From positions 320,001 through 384,000 of the forward strand of contig CAVOKF010000003.1 of NCBI GenBank assembly GCA_963696385.1: a DNA stretch of 64,000 nucleotides, in the 5' to 3' direction. Both the position numbers and the translations under genes were made by a program. Position 1 is the first letter of the stretch; each line of letters opens with the position of its first letter. This DNA is from an uncultured delta proteobacterium (GTDB lineage: Bacteria > Myxococcota_A > Polyangia > Polyangiales > Polyangiaceae). The notes below the pieces were generated by a model. That model was not told the DNA's origin, did no database searches, and saw only the letters and a list, made by a program, of their open reading frames with translations. Below, piece after piece: positions 42,265 through 51,807 of the stretch.

Positions 42265-43803
42265 CTCGGCTTCCTTCGGCGTCTCGAATCTCGGGGGCTG
42301 GAAGACCCAGCGGATCGATCATCGGCTGCACTCGAGCGCGCGGGCCGACGACCACGATGATCCCATCGGTCGGGTCGTAAAAGCGCCGCGCGAGCGCATC
42401 CAGCTCCGCCTTCGACGCGGAGTCGCGCATCCGGCTGCTCTGGGCTTCCCAGTCGGCCGGAAGGCCCAGGGAGGCATCCGCTGCCAGGTGTCCTGCGACG
42501 CCCTCGACCGACTCGTAGGCACCCACAAGATCGCCGCGAGCTTGTGAGCGAGTGCGCAATACTTCGTCGTCGTTCAGCCCAGCCGAGGCGAAACTAGCGA
42601 GGTCCGCCAGCATGGCCTTTAGCGCGTCCCCCGTCTTGTCCGTGACGACGTTGGCCCAGGAGATCAGCTGACCCGGTCCGCGCGAAACGGAGTATCGCGA
42701 GCGCGCACCATACGTGTATCCGTGCTGTTCGCGAAGATCCTGATTGAGGCGCGATGAAAAGCTACCGCCGATAGCGTCATTGACGCGCCACAGAGCCGGT
42801 TGCTGCGGGTCCGAGGCCGCAATTCCCGGCTTGACCAGCGCGATAACGGCCTGGGGCGCGTCCGGTCGATCGACGAACACGAGTCTTGGCCAAGGCCCGT
42901 GGGCAGCCAGGGGCACGATCGGCGCAGGTGCCGGACCTGACGGCGCCTTCCACGACCCGAAGGCGCTGTCCACCAGCGCCGAGAGCCCAGGACGCGCGAC
43001 GTCGCCCGCGCAGACGAGTGTGGCCCGGTCGGGTCTCCACGTCGAAGCGTACAGCCGTTTGACGTCGTCGAGCCCCACCGCTGCCGCGCTCTGCCGCGTC
43101 CCGTCCCACGGATGACCGTAGGGGTGGTCGGCGCCGAACAGAGCGACGCGATACACGACGCGCGCCGTCGCATCCGGGTCCTTTTCCCTCTGCAGCAATT
43201 CGTTGTGCCACAGTTCCTTCATGCGACTGAACTCGGCTGCCTCGAAGCGAGGGCGCGTGACGACGTCCGCGAAGACCGAGAAAGCCGGGGCGAGATTCTT
43301 CTTCAGCACCGTCAAAGCCACACCGCTCGCGTCGGCGTTGGCGTCCGTGGTCAGCCGGGCACCGAGAATCGTCCAGCGCCCGCGCCAACTCGAGCGCGCC
43401 GCGCCGGCCTGCCCCTTCGTTGAGCATCCTCGCCGTGGCGTAAGCGAGACCCGCTTTGCCCTTCGGAATCCGAAGATGCCCCCGTGGGAATCGATAGGTC
43501 GCAGGAAACGATCGGGGCTTCGTGACGCTCGAGGAGCCAGACCGTGACTCCGACCGTCGTCTTGAAGACCTCCGGCGACGGCGGAAGAAACGGGGCCGGT
43601 GCGGGCGTGTCCGGACGCGGACCGAGCGGGTCGGACACGGCGGCGACCGGAGCGAACGAAGCGTCGGGTACGGCCGGGGTGACCGGTGGCGTCGCCTGGG
43701 GGGGGGGCTGAGCGCCGCACGCACCGGCCGCGAACCCGAGGACGAAGGGGAGTAGCGGCCGCACGTGGGACGTCCACGAGGAGCGGTTCATCGAACGGCT
43801 CAT
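42254..43803 (-). CDS. M16 peptidase non-catalytic subunit, lipoprotein; two +1 frameshifts (43466-43470, 43366-43370)
   Basis: Three overlapping frames join as ...GASSD|PKGKAGLAYATARMLNEG...ALDD|LGARL...; FSSRLNQDLREQHGYTYG; lipobox AAGAC. Confidence 0.82.
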
Positions 43804-45173
43804 CGCGCCCCTTCTTTCTTGTCCCTCGCGGGGACAATGATGAGCACGACGACCGCGTCCGGCCTCAGCACCTTCTTTGCGTAATCGCGAATGTCGCGTG
43901 TCGTGGCGTGCCGATACCGATCCAGATCGCTCTGGAAGTAGCCCGGGTCGCCGACCTCGGCTTGATACATGTTGAGCAGCGAGGCCCGCTCCGGAATGCT
44001 CTGGAGCCGATCGACGAAGTCCATCTCGTAGCCATTCTTGGCGCGTTCAATCTCCTCCGTCGAGACCTCGCGCGCGGCAAGGCTTGCCACTTGATCGAGG
44101 AGCGCCTTCTCTACCGTGGAAGGGTCAACTCCGGGCCGGACGAGCGCTTCGACGACGAAATCGGACCCCAGCAGGTGCGAGTCTTGCTCGGCGGAGACCT
44201 CCTGCGCGATCTTCTGATCATAGACGAGGGACTTGTAGAGGCGGCTCTCCTTGCCGTGCGACAGGACGCTCGCGGCGAGATCCAGCTCGGCATCTCCCGG
44301 CGCAAAGTGCCGCGGCGACTGCCACGCGAGCGTCACCTTGGACAACTCGACGTTGTCGGCCACGGATCGACGCACCACGCCGGCGATCGTCGTACGCTGA
44401 TCGCTGAACCCGGGCGCGCCCGGGTCCTCGGGCTTGCCCCGGCTCGGCAGACCCGCAAACAGCCGGTCGACCGACGCACGCACCTCTCGCGAATCGAAAT
44501 CCCCGGAGACCGCGAGAGAGGCGTTCGATGGGTCGTACCACGTGGCGAAGAACTGCTTGACGTCCGCAACGCTCGCGGCTTCGAGATCGGCGTGCGACCC
44601 GATGACGGGGTGGTGGTAAGGGTGGCCCTCCGGCCAGACGAGGTTGGGTAGCTCGAGCTCCTCGACGCCGTACGGGCGATTCTCGACGCTCTGCCGCCGC
44701 TCATTTCTCACGACCTCGCGCTGAAGATCGAGCTTGCTCTGGTCGATGAGCGGGCCGAGATCCCGCATTCGATCGGCCTCGAGCCAAAGGAGCAGAGGCA
44801 AGGCCGACGAGGGGGCGATGTCGAAGTAATCCGTGCGATCCTCGGCCGTCCACGCGTTGTTCTTGCCCCCCGCTCCCTCCATCCACGCGTCGAACGCTTT
44901 GGTGGGGGCGCGATCGGTGCCCATGAACATCAGGTGCTCGAAAAGGTGAGCAAACCCCGTGCGACCCGGTCGCTCCATTCGAGACCCGACGCGATACGAT
45001 ACGTTGACGGCAACTTGCGGGACCGAATGGTCTTCGCTGAGGATGACGACCAGGCCGTTCGGCAACGTCGTCTTCGTAAATGGAATGTTCACATCCTGCC
45101 CGAGCGCCGCCCGAGCCGCGATCAGCACCGGGGTCATCGAGGCAAACGCGAGGGTCACCGCGGAAGGACGCAT
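43800..45173 (-). CDS. M16 zinc peptidase, catalytic subunit, exported
   Basis: Signal peptide; VGSRMERPGRTGFAHLFEHLMF, NAWTAEDRTDY, QREVVRNERRQ. Confidence 0.9.
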   Translation of the reverse strand: MRPSAVTLAFASMTPVLIAARAALGQDVNIPFTKTTLPNGLVVILSEDHSVPQVAVNVSYRVGSRMERPGRTGFAHLFEHLMFMGTDRAPTKAFDAWMEGAGGKNNAWTAEDRTDYFDIAPSSALPLLLWLEADRMRDLGPLIDQSKLDLQREVVRNERRQSVENRPYGVEELELPNLVWPEGHPYHHPVIGSHADLEAASVADVKQFFATWYDPSNASLAVSGDFDSREVRASVDRLFAGLPSRGKPEDPGAPGFSDQRTTIAGVVRRSVADNVELSKVTLAWQSPRHFAPGDAELDLAASVLSHGKESRLYKSLVYDQKIAQEVSAEQDSHLLGSDFVVEALVRPGVDPSTVEKALLDQVASLAAREVSTEEIERAKNGYEMDFVDRLQSIPERASLLNMYQAEVGDPGYFQSDLDRYRHATTRDIRDYAKKVLRPDAVVVLIIVPARDKKEGAR

Positions 45174-45243
45174 ACGTCGACGTACTAATCGTCACCGAGC
45201 CGCGATGCTATGGGAATGTCTCGGCGATCTCGACCCTATGGAG

Positions 45244-46266
45244 TCAAACGGGGGCCTCGATGGGCTCGACGTCGACGTCGATGAGCCTTCGGTCGCGCAC
45301 CACTCGCAGCTTGATGGCTCGGGCCGCGGTCCACTTTTGCAGGGCCCGATGGATGTCGTCGACGTTCGAGACCAATCCTCCGTCCAGTCCGACGACGATA
45401 TCGCCGACTCGCAGCGCACTGCGGGTGGCCGGGCCCCGATCATCGAAGGCGGTTACTTCGACACCGCTCGGCCGCGCGAGACCGAGCTTTCGCGCGAGGT
45501 CGCAATCCATGGGCCGATTCTGCCCGGCGATTCCAAGCCAACCCCGGCGGACTCGGCCGCTTCGCATCAGCTCGCCAAGGACCCACTTTGCCGTGTCGAT
45601 GGGCACGCTAAAGCTGATCCCCTGCGCCCCGACGATGACGGCCGTGTTGATCCCGACAACGCGTCCCCGTGAGTCGGCGAGCGGGCCTCCGGAGTTGCCA
45701 GGATTGAGCGCGACGTCGCTCTGAATGATACCCTCCATGGCGCGTCCGTCGCGAGCCCGCATCGTGCGACCGAGCGCGCTCACAACGCCTGCCGAGACGG
45801 TCGAGCTGTAACCGAGAGGATTGCCGATGGCGACGACCAGCTGTCCGACGCGAAGAGCGGACGAGTTTCCGAGTGCCGCCTGCTTCGGAGCCGAACCGGT
45901 CGCGCGAACGACCGCGAGGTCGGTCGCATGATCGACGCCGACCACGTGAGCGCCGCAGGTCGTCCCGTCCGTGAAGCCGAGTTCCAGCTGATGAGCGTCG
46001 GACACGACGTGCGCGTTGGTCAGTACGTAGCCGTCTTGCGCGAAAACCACTCCCGAGCCGGCACCGGCTGGTCCTTGCCGCGAGCTGCGAGCGATGCTCA
46101 CGACCGCGGGACCGACCTGGTCCGCGACGTAGACCACCGCTCGCGAATAAGCGTCGAGCGCCTCCTCTTCGGCCGGCGGGGCGGCATCGTTCGCCGGTGC
46201 CGCAAACGACGAGGACCCCTGCGACAAGCCCTCGGACAAGTCCAGTACGCGTGCGACGCGGGGCAT
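45244..46266 (-). CDS. HtrA/DegP-like S1C serine protease with PDZ domain
   Basis: GSGVVF, LTNAHVV, TDLAVV, ALNPGNSGGPL, C-terminal PDZ (GDIVVGLDG). Confidence 0.9.
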   Translation of the reverse strand: MPRVARVLDLSEGLSQGSSSFAAPANDAAPPAEEEALDAYSRAVVYVADQVGPAVVSIARSSRQGPAGAGSGVVFAQDGYVLTNAHVVSDAHQLELGFTDGTTCGAHVVGVDHATDLAVVRATGSAPKQAALGNSSALRVGQLVVAIGNPLGYSSTVSAGVVSALGRTMRARDGRAMEGIIQSDVALNPGNSGGPLADSRGRVVGINTAVIVGAQGISFSVPIDTAKWVLGELMRSGRVRRGWLGIAGQNRPMDCDLARKLGLARPSGVEVTAFDDRGPATRSALRVGDIVVGLDGGLVSNVDDIHRALQKWTAARAIKLRVVRDRRLIDVDVEPIEAPV

Positions 46267-46376
46267 GCGGTTCAAAGTGCGCATGGATCGCCACGTGTGC
46301 AATCGGCCCTCGTTCGACACGCGGCGCCGGCCGCCGCACGAGCGCAATCCGCGGGTGTGTGTCAGAAGCCCAGAGC

Positions 46377-47465
46377 TTGGCAAATCCCGCTGGCTCCACG
46401 GCCGACCGGGCGGACTTGCGATGCGGGCACCCCTGGGCACCGGCGCAGCGCCTGAAGAACGACATGCTCTGGGCGTTGGCGAGCACCGCCCTGGCGGCGA
46501 CGCGCCCCATCTCCGTCGCCGGCCTGCGCATCCTTGGGCGCGTGCTCGGGCTCGCCGCCTACCGACTGGCCGCTTCCGCCCGTCGCTGCGCGCACGCCAA
46601 CGTGGCACGCGTCTTCTTGGACGCAAGCGACGCCGACCGGACACGATTCGTGCGGGGGTGCTTCGGGCGCCTCGGCGAGCTTTTGGGCGAGACCGTCGCG
46701 TTGCTGCGATCGGACACCGTTTTGCCTCCTTTGGTCTTGGTCCCCGAAGCACGCGAGGCCCTTCAGTGTGCGCGCGCCACGGCACGAGGCGCGCAGGGCA
46801 TCCTCTTCGCGTCGGCGCATCTGGGCCCCTGGGAGCGGGTCGCGGCATCAATCGTGTCGTCCGGCGTTCCGCTGATTGCCGTGGCTCGAGAGAGCTACAA
46901 TCCGAGGTTCTCTGCGCTGTTCGAACGCATCCGCTACCGCGCCGGCGTCCGGGTCATCTGGCGCGGCCGGCCGGGCGCCGCGGCCCGGATCCTCCGTGCG
47001 CTGCGCAGGGGGGAAGTCCTCGGCATCCCGATGGATCTCCGATCCCGGGTCGCCTCGCGCCTGGTCCCATTCCTTGGGATCCCCGCGCCGACAGCCATTG
47101 GCCCGGCCCGCCTCGCTCTCACGACTGGGGCGGCGGTCGTCGTCGGCTCGGTCGCGCCCGGCTCGGACGGATCCCTCGTCGTCACGGCAACACCTATCCC
47201 CACCGGCGACCTCGAGCCCGGCGAAGAAGGGGCGTTCGAGCTCACCTCAAGAATCAATTCCGAGCTCTCGCGCCGCATCCTTGCCCTGCCGGACGCCTGG
47301 GTTTGGATGCACGAGCGGTGGCCGGAAGGCGCGAGTATGATGAACTCTTGCGGGGCGTTGGGCCGTGGCACGGCCAACGCAAGTTCCCATGAAGAACCGC
47401 GACACGCTGATCGCGAGGAGGCCTGTCTTGTCGGAAGCGAGAATGTCGGCCGCCCCCGAAACTGA
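46377..47465 (+). CDS. Lipid A late acyltransferase (LpxL/HtrB family)
   Basis: SAHLGPWE (Hx4E), VLGIPMD, VPFLGIPAPT, WVWMHERW; start uncertain. Confidence 0.8.
   Translation: MANPAGSTADRADLRCGHPWAPAQRLKNDMLWALASTALAATRPISVAGLRILGRVLGLAAYRLAASARRCAHANVARVFLDASDADRTRFVRGCFGRLGELLGETVALLRSDTVLPPLVLVPEAREALQCARATARGAQGILFASAHLGPWERVAASIVSSGVPLIAVARESYNPRFSALFERIRYRAGVRVIWRGRPGAAARILRALRRGEVLGIPMDLRSRVASRLVPFLGIPAPTAIGPARLALTTGAAVVVGSVAPGSDGSLVVTATPIPTGDLEPGEEGAFELTSRINSELSRRILALPDAWVWMHERWPEGASMMNSCGALGRGTANASSHEEPRHADREEACLVGSENVGRPRN
47366..47381 (+). promoter_or_regulatory. Possible sigma54 -24/-12 promoter
   Basis: TGGCACG-GCCA-ACGCA versus consensus TGGCACG-N4-TTGCW; correct GG/GC spacing, two mismatches. 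Confidence 0.3.
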
Positions 47466-48609
47466 GGGGGTTGGATCGAAATCAGAGGAGCAAGTCGACC
47501 TCGACCCACACCTCAGACAAACGGTGATGGATCTGCACGCCAAGCTCGACTCGCTCGACTACTATGGATTGCTCGGCGTCGAGCCCACGGCGGACCGGAA
47601 AGCGTTCAAGCGAGCCTACTTCGAGCTCGCAGCCAAATTTCACCCGGACAGGCACTTTCGCAAAAATCTCGGCTCGTTCAAAGTGAAGATGGAAGCGATC
47701 TTCGCGCGCGCCACGCTCGCGCACGACACGCTCGTCGATGCCGGAAGGCGAGCGGAATACGATTCCTACATTCAAGCGCAGCGGCGATCGCGAAGCATCG
47801 AGGAGTTGCTGTCGGACGCCATCGTAGAGGTCCGGCGGGCCCAGGAGACGGCGGAGCGAGAAGCGCGATCGACGGCTCCGCCGACCCTTGCTGCCCCCGC
47901 CCCTGCGCCGGAGGTAGACTTGGCGGCCCGGCGCGACGCGCTGGCGCGACGCTTGCGTGGAGGTCGGTTCGCCGGCGCCCCGAGCTCCCCTACCCCGCCG
48001 GCGACCCCGCCCACACAGTCTGTTCCGAGCCCCCAAGCCGCAATGGATGACCTGCGCCGCAGGTACGAAGAGCGGGTCGTGCAAGCCAAGGCAGTCCAAG
48101 CTCGCACTTACGCGGAGAAAGGCGCATCCGCGATCGCCGCCGGTGATTTCGTCGCCGCGGCAAGCTCGCTCCGCATTGCGAGCAGCCTCGCCCCCGCGGA
48201 TGTCGAAATTGCTCGCATGGCCAAGGAAGCGCAAGCCAAAGCCGATGTGCTGCTCGGGCAGACATACTCCCAGCAAGCTGAATACGAGGAAAGGAACGGG
48301 CATTGGGCCGAGGCCGCACGGTCCTGGACCCGTGTCTGCCGAGCGCGCGCAAACGACGCTCGTGCGCACGAGCATGCAGCCAATGCGATCGTCAAGGCCG
48401 CAGGCGACTTGCACGAAGCCGCACGGCTCGGCAGGCGCGCATGCGAAATCGATCCAACTCACGTGGCCGCCCGGCTGACTCTGGCGAACGTCTACTCGAC
48501 CGCGGGTCTGGATCTCAACGCGAGACGCGAGCTCGATGCCGCCGCGCGACTGGCGCCGAGCGATGGTAGCATTCAAGAAATGATCAAGAAATTGGGGCAG
48601 CCAGGCTGA
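47389..48609 (+). CDS. J-domain (DnaJ-like) protein with C-terminal TPRs
   Basis: DYYGLLGV...KRAYFELAAKFHPD; Pro-rich linker; TPR helices; start may be 47443. Confidence 0.85.
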   Translation: MKNRDTLIARRPVLSEARMSAAPETEGVGSKSEEQVDLDPHLRQTVMDLHAKLDSLDYYGLLGVEPTADRKAFKRAYFELAAKFHPDRHFRKNLGSFKVKMEAIFARATLAHDTLVDAGRRAEYDSYIQAQRRSRSIEELLSDAIVEVRRAQETAEREARSTAPPTLAAPAPAPEVDLAARRDALARRLRGGRFAGAPSSPTPPATPPTQSVPSPQAAMDDLRRRYEERVVQAKAVQARTYAEKGASAIAAGDFVAAASSLRIASSLAPADVEIARMAKEAQAKADVLLGQTYSQQAEYEERNGHWAEAARSWTRVCRARANDARAHEHAANAIVKAAGDLHEAARLGRRACEIDPTHVAARLTLANVYSTAGLDLNARRELDAAARLAPSDGSIQEMIKKLGQPG

Positions 48610-48721
48610 ACGCTGTCCATCGCAGACTCCGCGGTCCTGCCGGCCTTTGACGACTTCGACGAGCGCAGGAGAGTGGAGCAGGGTTAGGCTGTAGCGTGGT
48701 TCGGAAGGGAGACGCGCGCGG

Positions 48722-50548
48722 ATGGAGAAGGTGATCGGCATCGACCTCGGAACGACCAACTCCTGCGTCGCCATCGTCGAGAACGGCGTTCCGACTGTGA
48801 TTCCCAATCGCGGCGGTTACAAGACGACTCCCTCCATGGTCGCCATCACCGAGGCCGGCAAGCGTCTGGTCGGCCACATCGCCAAACGCCAGGCGATCAC
48901 GAATGCCGAGAACACGGTTTATGCCGCGAAACGGTTGATCGGCCGCAAGTGGAGCTCGCCTCAGGTCAAGAATGCCGTCGCGACTTCCAGCTACCGCATC
49001 GTGCAGGGGCCCCACGCGGACGTTCGGATCGTTCTGCGCGAAAAAGAATACAGCGTTTCCGAGATCAGCGCGATGGTCCTTCAGGAGATGAAGCTCATCG
49101 CGGAAGACTACCTCGGTGACCCCGTCTTCAAGACGGTCATTACAGTACCCGCTTATTTCAACGACAACCAACGGCAAGCCACGAAGGACGCGGGGGAAAT
49201 CGCAGGGCTCGACGTCATCCGAATCATCAACGAGCCGACCGCCGCCGCGCTGTCCTACGGCTTCGGAAAGAACGTCGAGAAGACCGTCGCCGTCTACGAT
49301 TTCGGCGGAGGTACATTCGACATCTCTATTTTGGAGATCGGTTCGAGCGGCATCTTCAAGGTCATCGCCACGGCGGGTGATACGTTTCTCGGCGGCGAAG
49401 ACGTCGACGCGCGGATCATCGACTGGCTGGTCCACGGTTTCAAAGACGAGCACGGAATCGATCTCCGACAGGATCGTATGGCCCTCCAGCGCCTGAAAGA
49501 TGCCGCAGAGAAAGCGAAGTGCGAACTTTCGAGTGTGCGCGACACGGAAGTCAACCTGCCGTTCATCATTTCGAGCGGGCGCAACGAGGCCCTGCATCTG
49601 CAGCGAACGATCGATCGCCCGACGCTCGACCAGCTCTCGGCGGATCTCATTCAGCGAACGATCGACATCTGTCAACAGACCCTCGCAGACGCCCATCTGG
49701 AGAAGCGGGATATCGAAGAGGTCATCCTGGTCGGGGGAATGACTCGTATGCCGAAAATTCAGCAGGCCGTTGCGGAATTTTTCGAGCAAGACCCATGCAA
49801 AGGCGTGCATCCGGACGAATGTGTCGCGCTCGGCGCAGGGATTCAGGGCGCGGCGCTCATCGACGACAAGCACGAGATGGTGCTGCTCGACGTCACTCCG
49901 CACGCGCTCGGCATCATGACCCAGGGCGGCTATTTCGAAGAGCTGATTCCCCAGAACACGACAGTCCCGACACATCGAACGAAAATCTTCACGACCAGCC
50001 GTGATCACCAGACCGCGGTAAAAATCGTGGTGATGCAGGGCGAAAGCGAGCGCGCAGAGGAAAACGAGCTGCTCGGCGAATTCATTCTGATGGGGTTGCG
50101 CCGCGCCCCGAAGGGGAGCGTCGAAATCGAGGTCACGTTCGAGATCAACGCGGACGGCATCGTGAGTGTCCACGCGAAGGATCTCGAGACGGGCAAGGAA
50201 CAGTCGATCGAAGTAACGGCATCGAGCGGACTTACGCGCGACGAAATTCAAAACATGATGGAGGGCGCCAAGGACTACATGGTCGAGCGCCGATCGAGCG
50301 AAGAGTTCGAAGCCGCCAAGCAGGAAGCCGAGCGCATCGTCGCCGAGATTGAGAGGCTTCTGCCGCAGGTCGAGCAAATCGTCGCCACGAGCGACTTCGG
50401 CCGAGACGCCATCGAGAAAGCGCGCGCGGTCGTCGCCAAAGCTCGTCACGCCGTGGGCAAGCGTGACGTCGCGGCGATCAAGAGCGAAATCGACGCCCTT
50501 TCGCGCACCCATCGGATGTTCAAAGGCGTGGTGGCCAAGACCCATTGA
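48722..50548 (+). CDS. dnaK: Hsp70/DnaK-family chaperone (probably a specialised paralogue)
   Basis: IGIDLGTTNS, TVPAYFNDNQRQATKDAG, INEPTAAAL, DFGGGTFD, LVGGMTRMP, linker VLLDVTP; no acidic disordered tail. Confidence 0.92.
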   Translation: MEKVIGIDLGTTNSCVAIVENGVPTVIPNRGGYKTTPSMVAITEAGKRLVGHIAKRQAITNAENTVYAAKRLIGRKWSSPQVKNAVATSSYRIVQGPHADVRIVLREKEYSVSEISAMVLQEMKLIAEDYLGDPVFKTVITVPAYFNDNQRQATKDAGEIAGLDVIRIINEPTAAALSYGFGKNVEKTVAVYDFGGGTFDISILEIGSSGIFKVIATAGDTFLGGEDVDARIIDWLVHGFKDEHGIDLRQDRMALQRLKDAAEKAKCELSSVRDTEVNLPFIISSGRNEALHLQRTIDRPTLDQLSADLIQRTIDICQQTLADAHLEKRDIEEVILVGGMTRMPKIQQAVAEFFEQDPCKGVHPDECVALGAGIQGAALIDDKHEMVLLDVTPHALGIMTQGGYFEELIPQNTTVPTHRTKIFTTSRDHQTAVKIVVMQGESERAEENELLGEFILMGLRRAPKGSVEIEVTFEINADGIVSVHAKDLETGKEQSIEVTASSGLTRDEIQNMMEGAKDYMVERRSSEEFEAAKQEAERIVAEIERLLPQVEQIVATSDFGRDAIEKARAVVAKARHAVGKRDVAAIKSEIDALSRTHRMFKGVVAKTH

Positions 50549-50601
50549 GACCGAGCGCCGCGTCCGCATCGGACGCACGCCCCCAAACGAACCGGATTCA
50601 C

Positions 50602-51387
50602 GTGACGGACCAACCTCCTTCCGACAAGAAGACTCCCACGGCGCCGGCCGATGCATCGACCACCGCGAGCGATCGGCCCACCGTCAATCCACCGTTCGAT
50701 GTCGAGGCGTTCGCGCGATCCACAGCCGGCAACCCAGCAGAGTCCGATCCTCCGGGCGATTCCGGCGAGGCGGGCACGGCGACACGAGCGGAGCGCATTA
50801 CGATGACCGACGAGTTGCAACTCGAAGTCGCACGCGCCAAATCCGCGGAGAGCACCCAGCCACCGCAGCCGAGGTCGAGCGGCCTTCTCTCCATCGCGGA
50901 CGCCCGCGTGCCGAGCATGCCCGCACCCCGGAGTCTGTCGCCGTCCAGCATCGAAGCGGCGGTTCTCGGCGCTTTGGCGACCACGCCCGGGCCGGAAATC
51001 ACGGAACGCTGGATCGAGGATCCGAGCGCGGAGATGCGCGAACGCTTTTCGCTCGGCGACTACACCGGCGCGCTCGAGATGGTCGAGCTCATCCTGGCAG
51101 ACGATCCGGCGAACCTCGAAGCCGCGGAATGCGGCGAGAATTGCCGAACCGTGTTGGAGAATATGTATTCGGCCAAACTGGGTCCGACCGACCGCGTTCC
51201 GATGATCATCGTGCCTCGGACGCAAATGAGGTGGCTCTCCATCGATCACCGAGCCGGTTTCATCTTGTCGCTGGTGGACGGCACATCTTCCGTCGAAATG
51301 CTCCTCGACGTATCGGGAATGCCGAGGCTCGATGCGCTGCGGATCCTGCACGAGCTCGTGCAGCAGCGCATTGTCGCGTTCCGCTAG
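50602..51387 (+). CDS. Hypothetical protein: disordered N-terminus, TPR-like helix pair, C-terminal winged-helix-like domain
   Basis: FSLGDYTGALEMVELIL...RVPMIIV...WLSIDHRAGFILSLVDGTSSVEMLLDVSGMPRLDALRILHELVQQRIV. Confidence 0.75.
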   Translation: MTDQPPSDKKTPTAPADASTTASDRPTVNPPFDVEAFARSTAGNPAESDPPGDSGEAGTATRAERITMTDELQLEVARAKSAESTQPPQPRSSGLLSIADARVPSMPAPRSLSPSSIEAAVLGALATTPGPEITERWIEDPSAEMRERFSLGDYTGALEMVELILADDPANLEAAECGENCRTVLENMYSAKLGPTDRVPMIIVPRTQMRWLSIDHRAGFILSLVDGTSSVEMLLDVSGMPRLDALRILHELVQQRIVAFR

Positions 51388-51400
51388 TGCTAGTGTCCTG

Positions 51401-51778
51401 TCACGAGATCCGCTGCATCATTCGGAGCTCCTCGAGACAGGACGCTAGCCGAAGCCGCGGGTGCGGCTTCGCTCGAGGGAGCGTTTTCCGCAGGAAAACA
51501 CGGGGGCGGGAGCCGGCCTCCGAAACCGTCTCGTGTCCCGTCGACGCCGCGTCGCGGCGCGGTCCGCCTGCCCTTGATGCGGCGGACTTCGGAGGAGACG
51601 GGATACTGGTCGTGCGTCCACGGAGGATAGCGCCCTTGCGCTCCGCCGAGGCGTTCTTACACGACGATTGCGAATCTTGAGCGACGAATTGACGCCGTGC
51701 AAGCGCAATGCGCGAGCGTTTCGTCGATAGCGGACGCGTGCCGGCCGGATTCGGTTTTGCGCATTGCACGGCTACCAC
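51401..51778 (-). CDS. Small basic hypothetical protein
   Basis: Fills the gap between two + genes; C-terminal GSRPRVFLRK...HPRLRLASCLEELR looks protein-like; start uncertain. Confidence 0.35.
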   Translation of the reverse strand: MVAVQCAKPNPAGTRPLSTKRSRIALARRQFVAQDSQSSCKNASAERKGAILRGRTTSIPSPPKSAASRAGGPRRDAASTGHETVSEAGSRPRVFLRKTLPRAKPHPRLRLASCLEELRMMQRIS

Positions 51779-51807
51779 GTGGAAGCTACACCCTAGTTAA
51801 CGCGGAA

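Noticed and set aside
48584..50656. 690-aa minus-strand ORF
   Set aside because: Antisense shadow of the Hsp70 gene, a well-known artefact opposite dnaK in GC-rich genomes
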